Below are positions 1 to 10,898 of a DNA stretch of 64,000 nucleotides, one piece after another (the first letter of the stretch is position 1; each line of letters opens with the position of its first letter). The stretch spans positions 1 to 64,000 of the forward strand of contig NW_015171620.1 of assembly GCF_001447785.1 (NCBI RefSeq), in the 5' to 3' direction. The notes below the pieces were generated by a model. That model ran no database searches, had not been told where the DNA came from, and saw nothing but the letters and a program-made list of their open reading frames with translations. The translations under genes were made by a program, and so were the position numbers. Origin of the DNA: Gekko japonicus. Its lineage: Eukaryota.

Positions 1-166
1 GTTCCCTTTTCCCATAAGTAATTAGTAAAATGTACTTTTTTAAAACTAATACACAGGTGTGCTGCGTTTTTCTTTATCTCTGCTACACTGTATACAGACA
101 AGGGGACACAATCTCAAGGGCCCCCAAAGATTTATCATAAGCATCCAGATGTTGACGCTCATCCAT
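1..166 (+). pseudogene. Orphan OR promoter copy whose gene body has been deleted
   Basis: Matches about 1771-1937, then joins directly to sequence matching the OR1 3' flank (4678 onward). Confidence 0.7.
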
Positions 167-1589
167 CTCAGAAAGTTATTTCATCTCAGAAAGTTATTTC
201 CAACCTTGCTGGAAATGGGATTTCAAAGAGCATGAAATTCTGGGCTAGTTTGGCACGAAGAATCAAAGTTGTGGATTCTATGCACTCTTTGTGAAACTGT
301 GTTTATTTTAATATGATGTCTCTGTTCTTCTGGGTTTTTTTTTTTTTACTGATCTGCTGGGTGCTCCAAGTGTTTTGAAAAACAAGCTAAATGTATTTTA
401 AACGTTTAAAAGGATATGTTTTCCTCTTTGGATAGTGGCACAAGTACATTGCCCCTGAATCTGGATTCTTAAAATCTAAGCCACTGAAAAGTTCAGGACA
501 ATCATGACCATCTTGCCACCTCACACACCTTCAAAGAAATTCAGCTCTCACTTTGTATGTGTGTAGAATTACCTTCAGGCTGGTGACCCCATGCAGTTTT
601 CAAAGGGAAGGGACGTTCAGAGGTGGTTCTCCATTGCCTGCCTCTGCATAGCAACCCTGGACTTCCTTAGTGGTCTCCCATCCATATACTAACTGGGCTG
701 ACTCTGCTTAACTTCCCAGATCTGATGAGGTTGGGCTAGGCTGGGCCATCCAGACCAGGGCACCACTGGACTCCCCCAGAACCATGAAGGACTTCCTTGG
801 TGGTCCCTCATCCAAATACTAACCAGGGCCAGTCCTGCTTAGCTCCCCAGATCTGACAAGGTCTGGGTAGCCTGGACAATCCAGGTCATGGCAAGAACGA
901 CACAAGGTTTAAAAAAGAGATGAAAAGGGAATGGTCTCCACCCAGGCTCCATTGCATCAGATAGTGCATAATAAATGAAATGAAATAATGCTCTGCCTTC
1001 TTGGTGCTTGGGGGGGTCAACAGTGGGAGGGCTTCTAGTGTCCTGGCTCCACTGGTGGACCTCCTGATGGCACCTGGTTTTTGGCCACTGTGTGACACAG
1101 AGTGTTGGACTGGATGGGCCTTTGGCCTGATCCAACATTGGCGTCTCTTATGTTCTTATGTTCTTAACTTACCTATTTTTAATATGTGGAGGGGGTTTTA
1201 TGTCTGTGTGGGGGGAACCATCAACTTCATCATTTTTATTTATTTATTCCTTTTGGAAAAAATGATGCTGCCTCTCCAGGAACCTGCCCAAGGAGCCTTA
1301 CAAAATAAAAGTAATAAAAACAAAATATGAAACAATATTCATTAAAATCCAGCATTGGCGGGGGAGGACCCAAAATGGCACATGAAGATTGACCATTAAT
1401 CACGTCTTCTACCCCTCAAAACGTACATGGAATTTACAACCACACGGTTGAAAAGTGGGTGCCCCTGCCTTGAAAGGAATCAGTGGTGTGTCCCCGGAGG
1501 AGGAGGAGGAGGAGGAGGAGGAGGAGGAGGAGACAGTGCCTAATAGAAAAGTCTGCACGTCTTTGGCACCAGAGTGTAGATGACAATAT

Positions 1590-2107
1590 GCATAATGAGT
1601 TTGCCTATTGGCTAATCAATAGATTTCAGGATGTCTCAGGGGTGGAAACTCACTTCTACTGCCTTTGTTCTAATTTCTTCCCTGGGGCACGGACACGGGG
1701 TTTAGCGTTTACAGGGGAAAGATGCGGGTTAGAAAGAGCTAGAAAGGGTGTTTGTTGTTTTGAACTCCCAGTTCCCTTTTCCCATAAGTAATAAGTAAAA
1801 TTTACTTTTTTAAAGCTAATACACTCGTGTGCTGCGTTTTTCTTTTGCTCTGCTACACTGTATACCCAACAGAGGGACACAATCTCAAGGGCCCCCAAAG
1901 ATTTATCATAAGCATCCAGATGCGGACGCTCATCCATGCCCCCTCTTTCTTTCTAGCAAGCCTGTCGCATGGAGCACCAACGTCATGGCTGGGCTCCTCA
2001 GTAAAAGTACAGGAAGGGGCAAAAGACTTCCTTCCCTCCCAGTTCTGAAAGAAGCTTTCTGATGACTTTTCTACTGGATGGAGCATTGTTTCCAAAGCTA
2101 TTGAGGT
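1590..2107 (+). promoter_or_regulatory. Putative OR1 promoter plus non-coding first exon and donor
   Basis: TAATGA at 1593, O/E-like TCCCTGGGGC at 1679 and TCTCAAGGG at 1883, ATTTAT at 1901, donor GAG|GTACAG at 2105/2106; block conserved upstream of paralogues. Confidence 0.55.
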
Positions 2108-2714
2108 ACAGTAATGGGAACAATTGCAGACAGCAAAGGAAACAGAAGTGGGACCTTGCTTGGCTGACAGAGTCCAGGGGGGGGAAGCATTTGTGCTTCT
2201 TGAAGGAAATTACAATGATTTATTATAAAACTGTGGCTAGAAAAGAAAGATTTTGACTAATGAAACTGAGGGGTCATGAGGTAGTCCAGGATTCTCAGCT
2301 GCATCCATAATTTTTACTTACTTCTTCAGGAAAAGTGCTTTCCTCTGCAAATTCCAGTTTCATTCAAAGACACCCTGCCATCTTTAAGTATGGACACTGT
2401 CATATCATTTTCTATCCTACGGGAAAATGAAGTCTCTCTGGAAAATGTGTGGCGGTCCCTGCCTGCCCCCAAGGAGGGTCTCTCATTAGATGCCCTCAAA
2501 AACTGAAAGGCCAGAGATGCCCCTCACAGAACCCTTCCTGATCACTCACATGTATTGGGGGGGGGGGGTTTAAAATGTCTTTTGGCCAATAGATTGGATT
2601 CCCCTGTCTCCCTTGCTTTCCCCTCCAATACCAGTTTCAGAGCATCCCAGACTGTCTAAACTAGTATTTAGACAACTACAGTCTGTTTTATGCAATGCTA
2701 TCATCTAATTCCAG

Positions 2715-3719
2715 ATGGAGTTCACCAATGGGACAGTTCAGGAATTCATTTTGCTGGGCTTTGAGGTTGGGCAGCTGCAACGACTCCTGCTCCTCGTCTT
2801 TTTCACTCTTCTTTACATGCTCACCATGGCTGAGAACATCACCATCATCACACTGGTGGTTCTAGACACCCACTTGTTCCAGCTTCCTATGTACATCCTG
2901 CTGAGCAACTTCTCCTGGCTGGAGATCTGTTATGTGAACACCACTGTGCCCCGGATGCTCTTAGACCTGGCATTATCCAACAAGAGCATCTCCTTCAGCT
3001 CCTGCTTCCTCCAGTTTTACATCTTCTGCTCTCTTGGCAGTACGGAATGCTTCTTCCTCTCTTCTATGGCCTTGGATCGCTACTTGGCCATCTGCCACCC
3101 ACTGCGATATCCACAGATTATGTCCCCAAACTTTTGCTATATCCTAGTCACTGTTTGTTGGGCTCTTGGCTTCCTGGCATACATTGTCCCAGTGACACTG
3201 ATCTCCAAGATGTCTTACTGTGGCCCCAACGTCATTGACCATTTTTTGTGTGATGCTGGGCCAATTCTGGCTTTGGCGTGCCCTCCACTACTAAAAGCAC
3301 CCACCAGTAGTCTGATTTTCATGGATATTGTGGTGATCCTAGGCAACATCGTGTTTGCTGTGCTGTCCTACGGCTCTGTGATTGTCACCTTGATGAAAAA
3401 CTCTAGCAAAGGCAATCGGGCCAAGTCCTTCTCCACCATATCATTCCACTTGTTGGTGGTCACACTTTACTATGGCCCTGCAGCAGGGATTTATATAAAG
3501 CCAAGAGAAGCTGACTCCAGTGTCACTAAGATAGTAACACTCTGCTATACTGCCATAACACCCTTTCTCAACCCCCTGATTTACTGTCTGAGGAATGATC
3601 AGGTGAAGGAGGCACTGTTCAGGCTATGGAGAAGAAAGGCAGTGTTTTTGAAAAGTAAAACTGACAGTGTGAAAAAGAGGAAAAGAACAGGAAATATATC
3701 ACAAAACCTGCAACATTAG
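2715..3719 (+). CDS. Olfactory receptor, family 11 (OR11G/H-like), intact, 334 aa (OR1)
   Basis: Intronless 7TM ORF with N-glycosylation site NGT, PMYILLSNFS, CFLQFY, MALDRYLAICHPLRY, DHFLCD, SY, KSFST..FHL and PFLNPLIYCLRN; these motif variants match OR11G/H. Confidence 0.95.
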   Translation: MEFTNGTVQEFILLGFEVGQLQRLLLLVFFTLLYMLTMAENITIITLVVLDTHLFQLPMYILLSNFSWLEICYVNTTVPRMLLDLALSNKSISFSSCFLQFYIFCSLGSTECFFLSSMALDRYLAICHPLRYPQIMSPNFCYILVTVCWALGFLAYIVPVTLISKMSYCGPNVIDHFLCDAGPILALACPPLLKAPTSSLIFMDIVVILGNIVFAVLSYGSVIVTLMKNSSKGNRAKSFSTISFHLLVVTLYYGPAAGIYIKPREADSSVTKIVTLCYTAITPFLNPLIYCLRNDQVKEALFRLWRRKAVFLKSKTDSVKKRKRTGNISQNLQH

Positions 3720-4869
3720 TGTCCGAGAAAAAGCTGATAAGTTCAATGTGGGATAACAAAGGTACTGTTCTCCGTTCAGTGTTCCTGACTCCTTTGTGCG
3801 CTGGAAGACAAAAATGCACATTTCCACTAGAATACTATGCAAATGCTTTTTAAGCAGATATTTTGTAATAGATTCAGTACAATGAATGGTCCATTGTTTT
3901 AAGGCACTCGCAACTGTATAATTGTTATGCATTCCAGCAAGTGCAGTAAAAATAATTTTATGTTGAAATCATTATTATTTCTCCATGTGATCGAACTGTA
4001 GCTTATGCTAAGTCATATATGTCAACATATCACAGAGATGGCTTTACTGTCATTAGCCCAATACGGAATGGTTATTTTCTGAAAATGAGATAACTACTCT
4101 TCTGAGTTTGAAACGTGTTCTCTCCCATTCTCCCAGCAATGCCATTGAGAACAGAATGGCATTTGATTGTTTTTTCCCTTTCTTGACAGTTCCATAGGGC
4201 CTACAAGATGGAGCTCTATCACCGGGCCTTTAGTTGAGGCAGTGGGCCTCCACCTTGATATGGCCTCCCCTCCAGTGATGGCAGGTTTAAAAGACAAATC
4301 AAAACAAGAAAGGTGCTGTTGGAGATAGCTGGAGACTTCAGGTTGCACAGAGAGAGACCTGCTGGAATAAGGAGACAGACCCACTTTATAACAGTTAACA
4401 TTGGCTGCCATTTTGTTTCTGAGTACAATTCAAGGTGCCCGTTTTAATGTTGATAGCTCTTCATGACCGGGGAGTCTCATGCTTGAAAGACCACTTCTAA
4501 AGACCCACTCACCAGCTCCATTCAGTCCACAAGTTATTTTTCTAAAATCCATCATATAATGTGATTTGCTTGTGTCCTCTTCAGTCTGTGGCATTCTCAC
4601 TTTGTGGAATGACCAACCTGATGGGGTATAAAAACTGTCCCCTTTGGTCATCTTCCTCAAGATACGCACAGCAATTTCATCTCAGAAAGTTATTTCCAAC
4701 CTTGCTGGAAATGGGATTTCAAAGAGCATGAAATTCTGGGCTAGTTTGGCACGTAGAATTACCTTCAAGCTGGTGACCCCACGCAGTTTTCAAAGGGAAG
4801 AGACATTCAGAGGTGGTTCGCCATTGCCTGCCTCTGCATAGAAACCCTGGACTTCCTTTGTGGTCTCCG

Positions 4870-5128
4870 ATAATGAAACTGAAGCTCAAATACTTTGGCC
4901 ACCCAATGAGAAGGGAGCACTCACTGGAGAAGACCCTGATGCTGGGAATGATTGAAGGTCAAAGGAGACGGGGACGGCAAAGGATGAGATGGTTAGACAG
5001 TGTCATAGATGCAACGAACATGAAATTGAGTGAACTTCAGAGGACAGCAGAAGACAGGAGGGCCTAGCGTGACCTGGTCCATGGGGTTGCGAAGAGTCAG
5101 ACTCGACTGTGCGACTGAACAACAAAAA
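4870..5128 (+). mobile_element. BovB/RTE LINE 3' fragment
   Basis: KLKLKYFGH.MRR..SLEKTLMLG.IEG.RRRGRQRMRWLD and a (CAA)n-like tail; inserted into a 5S-derived SINE and absent from the paralogous copy near 675. Confidence 0.9.
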
Positions 5129-7689
5129 TCCATATACTAACCAGGGCTGACTCTGCTTAACTTCCCAGATCTGATGAGGTTGGGCTAGCCTGGGCCATCC
5201 AGACCAGGGCACCGCTGGACTCCCCCAGAACCACGAAGGACTTCCTTGGTGGTCCCTCCTCCAAATACTAACCAGGGCCAGTCCTGCTTAGCTCCCCAGA
5301 TCTGACGAGGTCTGTGTAGCCTGGACAATCCAGGTCATGGCAAGAACGACACAAGGTTTAAAAAAGAGATGAAAAGGGAATGGTCTCCACCCAGGCTCCA
5401 TTGCATCAGATATTGCATAATAAATAAAATGAAATAGCATATCTATATTAATATGTGTGTGGGGGGGTTATGTCTGCATTGGAGAAACCATCAACTTCAC
5501 CATTTATTCCTTTCGGAAAAAATGATGCTGCCTCTCCAGGAACCTGCCCAAGGAGCCTTACGAAATAAAAGTAACAAAAACAAAATATGAAACAATATTC
5601 ATTAAAATCCAGCATTGGCGGGAAAGGAACCAACATGGCACAGGAAGATTGACCATTAATCCAATTTAGAGTTACCATATTTTGAAAAGCTAGAAAGAGG
5701 ACATACTTCCCAAATGACTACTTTGAACAAGTGATCACTGTTACAAATCTCATTTTAAATACCCTTTAAGCTGTGATAATTGCTACTAACTAGGAATATT
5801 CCTAACCTTCCAACCCAAAAGGGGGACATTTTCATTGGTTTTTCAAAAAGAGTCCAAAAGAGGACAGACACCCCCAAAAAAAGAGGACATGTCCTCTAAA
5901 AAGTGCACAGACACACACACACACACAAAAGAGGCCACCTAGTACCAATAAGGATACACAGTTTTGATACAAGCACATCAAATTGTAATTTAGTTTTTTA
6001 GCCCCCCCCCAAAAGAGGACATGTCCTCTAAAAAGCGCACAGACACACATATACAAAAAAAGAGGCCACCTAGTTCCAATGAGGATACACAGTTTTGATA
6101 CAAGCACATCAAATTGTAATTTAGTTTTTTAGGTTCCCTTTTATGTCAAATCTCATGTGTGAGACTTCAAAATGGGTAGAGCTGGTTTTGCTCACGAGCA
6201 CTCAGGTTTTAATTGGATCAGATCTCCTATGGGGAGGCCTGCCATGGCTTAATAGAGTTTCGGTCTCCATAATATGTAAATTCCCACAGAAATAAATCCC
6301 GTGAAGGAGAAGGAGAAGGATGATCAGGGTTATACGCATCATGAGAAAATGGGGTTCATACGAGAGGGTGTAGACTTTCCAATTTCCCGGGGGGGGGGAG
6401 GCTGGGGCTGGGCCAGAGGCATTGCTTTGCTAGGAACAAGGGTGGCTCCCGGGGGAGGCTGAGCACCTTCCTGAAAAATTTGGCGGGGGCTGAAGCCCCG
6501 CTGCCCCCACGAAGATAGAAGGAAGTCTGATTTTATTCAGTCCAACTTAACTCCCAAGTGTCCCTAGGATGGCAGTTTACAGCACATAGCATAGGTCATG
6601 GTGTCCAGTCTTTACCACTGAAGATTCGGCCATGGAGACTGAAAAGACGGAAGGCTGGAGAATCTTCTAACATAGGATTTGATCCAGGAATCAATTTAAA
6701 AATTTGTCCAAAATATTTATAAAGATCTAGTGTCCGATTTCCTCTCTATACCTTGGTGAAATACCATCAGGGTTTGACTGAACTGATACCAGCAACTGGA
6801 AAGGGGCAGATCTCTTAAGATGGTGTCCTGCACGTGGACCGTAAACAGATGATGTACATTGAAACAGAAATGAAAGGCAGAGTCTACCTCCCACGTGGCC
6901 ATAGCCAGTGCCAAATGGCAGGAAAGTCGGTCGTCTGCTGGGGCACAAAGACATCCACTGGGCCCACTCGTAGAAGCAGAGGAGAATGGGAGGGAGGGCT
7001 CTGCATCCCGCCTCCTTCCCCCCCCTCGCAGTTTGGTGCAGGAGATGCAGGAGTAGCTAGCGACTCTCCTCTCTGGCACCATGAAGGCCCCAGTTGCTCC
7101 TGTGCTCCAGGGCTGCATGTTTTTTCATGGGGACTGTTGCTTCTGAGAGCCCAACTAAACCTGAGGGCAAACTTGTGGCCACCATGACTTTGCCCTCACC
7201 GTTTCACAGTGAATTTAAAATGCCACAAGGCCCCGAGGTGCCAATGGCTCGTTGTGTGGAACTCTTGAAGAGTTCTGTGCCACAAGCCGACACCAGATCG
7301 ATCGGGGCCTTGTGGACTTTGTTATTGTGGGGGGGGGGGTTGCATGGCACAATAGGGCTGAACACGTCTTCTACCCCTCAAAACGTACATGGAATTTACA
7401 ACCACACGGTTGAAAAGTGGGTGCCCCTGCCTTGAAAGGAATCAGCGGTGTGTCCCCCTAGGAGGAGGAGGAGACAGTGGCCACCCATTGGTGATCTCTG
7501 ACTATCATCATTGGGTCAGAAAAGAGGTCAGCTCTGGGTTCGTGTCTCTAGCCGCTTGGCATCCTGTTGGGATATAGGAGCAAGTTGCTTTCCTGATGTC
7601 ATGAAAGAATTTACATGTTCACTTGTGCTACTTTCTAGTTAGTTTGCTCAGGGCCAATAGAAAGTACCAGAGCGTAGATGACAATATGC

Positions 7690-8214
7690 ATAATGAGTTA
7701 ATATAGGGATTGCCTATTGGCTAATCAATAGATTTCAGGATGTCTCAGGGGTAGAGACTCAGGAAACTTCTACTGCCTTTGTTCTAATCTCTTCCCTGGG
7801 GCACAGACACGGGGTTTAGCGTTTACAGGGGGGAAAGATGCGGGTTAGAAAGAGCTAGACAGGGTGTTTGTTGCTTTGAACTCCCAGTTCCCTTTTCCCA
7901 TACGTAATTAGTAAAATTTACTTTTTAAGGGTAATACACTTGTGTGCTGCGTTTTTCCTTTCCTCTGCTACACTGTATACCCAACAGAGGGACACAATCT
8001 CAAGGGCCCCCAAAGATTTATCATAAGCATCCAGATGTTGACACTCATCCATGCTCTTTCTAGCAAGCCTGTCGCATGGAGCACCAAGACTATGGCTGGG
8101 CTCCTCAGTAAAAGTACAGGAAGGTGCAAAAGACTTCCTTCCCTCCCAGTTCTGAAAGACACTTTCTGATGACTTTTCTACTGGATGGAGCATTGTTTCC
8201 AAAGCTATTGAGGT
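7690..8214 (+). promoter_or_regulatory. Putative OR2 promoter plus first exon
   Basis: TCTCAAGGG at 7998, ATTTAT at 8016, donor at 8212/8213. Confidence 0.55.
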
Positions 8215-9229
8215 ACAGTAATCGGAACAATTGCAGACAGCAAAGGAAACAGAAGTGGGACCTTGCATGGCTTATAGAGTCCGGGGGGGGGGAGGCATTT
8301 GTGCTTCTTGAAGGATATTATAATGATTTATTATAAAACTGTGGCTAGAAAAGAAGGATTTTGACTAATGAAACTGAGGGGTCATGAGGTAGTCCAGGAT
8401 TCTCACCTGCATCCATAATTTTTACTTACTTGTTCAGGACACTCTGAATCTTTAAGACACCCTGCCACCTTTAAGTATGAACACTGTCATATTGATTTCT
8501 ATTCTACTGGGAAAATGAAGTCTCCCTGGAAAATGTGTGGAGGTCCCTGCCTGTCCCGAAAGAGGGCCTCTCATTCAGTGCCCTGATGAAAGGTCAGACA
8601 TGCCCCTCACAGAACCTTCCTGATCACTCACAGGTCTGTGGGGAGAAAATTTAATATGTATTTTGGCCAGTAGATTGGATTCCTCTCTCTCCCTTGCTTT
8701 CCCCTCCAACACCAGTTTCAGAGCATCCCAGTCTATCTAAACTAGTATTTGTATACTTTCATATGGAATAGAAACTCTGGCTGAAGCTGACAATTTCTCT
8801 GTCTTCATCTCATGCTTTTTTGCTTCTGGTGGGAGAGTCCTACTCTGTGTGCTCATTTTATACCTGGTGTTACTCTACCCGCAAGTTGCTTGAAACGAAC
8901 CAGCTGTTTCATGGTGAATTCTGTACAGCTAATTTCTTCTACCATGTACTAGAAAATTATGGAAATATAAATAATACAGACACAATCTGCTTTTCAGATC
9001 TTATGTACTTTGTAAACCCCTCACCTCATTCGAACTGGCAAGTACAAGATATATAGCAGTGCTGGCAATACAGAACATCTAAAGATGCTGATGCTGATAT
9101 AGTAGTGAATTGTCTCCTCAAAGGTAGAGTTTGGCTGGGTTTGTACATGTTAAATCTATCTTCTTGGTGTCTGCCTAGCAATACAAGGCATTTGGTTGTT
9201 TTGTTGTTCTAATGGATTTGGGGGCAGGG

Positions 9230-9435
9230 CGGGGCTGTAGCTCTGAGGTCAAGCATCTGCTTGGCATGCAGAAGGTTCCAGGCTCAATCCCTGGCATCTC
9301 CAGCTCAAAAGATCAGGTGGTTGGTGATGTGAAAGACCTCTGCATAGGACCCTGGAGAGACTCTGCCAGTCTGAGCAGACAATACTGGCCTTGATGACCG
9401 ATGGTCTGATTCAATATATGGCCGTTTCATGTGTG
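9230..9435 (+). mobile_element. tRNA-derived SINE with CR1-like 3' end (others at about 15618-15812, 21540-21740, 28830-29300, 38050-38256, 60860-61025)
   Basis: ggggctgtagctc...agcatctgcttggcatgcagaaggttccaggctcaatccc head, ggtctgattca...tcatgtg tail. Confidence 0.75.
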
Positions 9436-9911
9436 TGTTTATGTGTGAGAACGTTTCTCCCTCTGCCCCGTTCAGCCAGCCTTTCCACTGTTGCTGTGGA
9501 AGTCATTAAATACTTTCAAATCTCTGCAACCTTCCATGGAGGACCTTCAGGCTCGCCAGAATTGCTGCTGTCAATTATTGGGCAGATTACGCTAAAAGTA
9601 AATAACCTTTGACTTATTTTGACCAGTGAGGTTTGGAACTGAGATCTTGTGACCATCTCCTAGAAGTAACATCATTCCTACTGTACGCAGATTTCTCAAA
9701 GTGCATGTTTTGCTATTATTTTTTATATTTCAAAATTTATACATACCCAGAGGAACAATACCTTCTGATGAAATGTGGATGGGGGGATCGACATCCCCTC
9801 TCTTCCCTAATTGGATGGCATTCCTCTTTAGCATTTCTCTTTCTATGGAGACCAATAGCCAGACAACTACAGTCTGTTTTATGCAATGCTAATTCTGTCA
9901 TCTAATTCCAG

Positions 9912-10898
9912 ATGGAGTTCACCAACGGGACAGTTCAGGAATTCATTTTGCTGGGCTTTGAGGTTGGGCAGCTGCAACGACTCCTGCTCCTCGTCTTTTT
10001 CACTCTTCTTTACATGCTCGCCATGGCTGAGAACATCACCATCATCACACTGGTGGTTCTAGACATTCACTTGTCCCGGCTTCCCATGTACATCCTGCTG
10101 AGAAACTTCTCCTGGCTGGAGATCTGTTATGTGAACACCACTATGCCCCGGATGCTCTTAGACCTGGCATTGTCCAACAAGATCATCTCCTTCGGCTCCT
10201 GCTTCCTCCAGTTTTACGTCTTCTGCTCTCTCGGCAGCACTGAATGCTTCTTCCTCTCTTCCATGGCCTTGGATCGCTACTTGGCCATCTGCCACCCACT
10301 GCGATATCCACAGATCATGTCCCCAAACTTTTGCTATGTCCTCGTCACTGCTTCTTGGGTCCTCGGCTTCCTGGCATCCATTGTCCCAGTGACACTGATC
10401 TCCATGATGTCTTACTGTGGCCCCAACGTCATTGACCATTTTTTGTGTGATCCTGGGCCAATTATGGCTTTGGCTTGCCCTCCACTACCAAAAGCACCCA
10501 TCATTAGTCTGATTTTTATTAATGTTCTGGTGATCCTAGGCAACATCGTGTTTACTGTGCTGTCCTACGGCTCTGTGATCATCACCTTGATGAAAAACTC
10601 TAGCAAAGGCAATCGAGGCAAGTCCTTCTCCACCATATCTTTCCACTTGTTGGTGGTCACACTTTTCTATGGTCCTTTAGCAGGGATTTATATAAAGCCA
10701 AGAGAAGCTGACTCCAATGTCACTAAGATAGTCACACTCTGCTATACTGCCATAACACCCTTTCTCAACCCCCTGATTTACTGTCTGAGGAACGATCAGG
10801 TGAAGGAGGCACTGTTCAGGCTATGGAGAAGAAAGGCAGTGTTTTTGAAAAGTAAAATTGACAGTGCGAAAAAGAGGAAAGGAACAGGAAATATATAA
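9912..10898 (+). CDS. Olfactory receptor, family 11-like, intact, 328 aa (OR2)
   Basis: Close paralogue of OR1 with the same OR motifs. Confidence 0.95.
   Translation: MEFTNGTVQEFILLGFEVGQLQRLLLLVFFTLLYMLAMAENITIITLVVLDIHLSRLPMYILLRNFSWLEICYVNTTMPRMLLDLALSNKIISFGSCFLQFYVFCSLGSTECFFLSSMALDRYLAICHPLRYPQIMSPNFCYVLVTASWVLGFLASIVPVTLISMMSYCGPNVIDHFLCDPGPIMALACPPLPKAPIISLIFINVLVILGNIVFTVLSYGSVIITLMKNSSKGNRGKSFSTISFHLLVVTLFYGPLAGIYIKPREADSNVTKIVTLCYTAITPFLNPLIYCLRNDQVKEALFRLWRRKAVFLKSKIDSAKKRKGTGNI

Noticed and set aside
1656-2256. Repeated 60-97 aa ORFs upstream of the OR genes, as a novel small-protein family
   Set aside because: Frames, starts and stops differ between copies; the recurrence reflects duplicated non-coding promoter sequence
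3047-3238. Recurrent ~63-aa alternative-frame ORF (MLLPLFYG...) and antisense ORFs inside the OR CDSs
   Set aside because: By-products of OR codon conservation; no independent evidence
9230-9302. tRNA gene-like sequence
   Set aside because: Degenerate, and always followed by the same SINE body and tail; it is a SINE head
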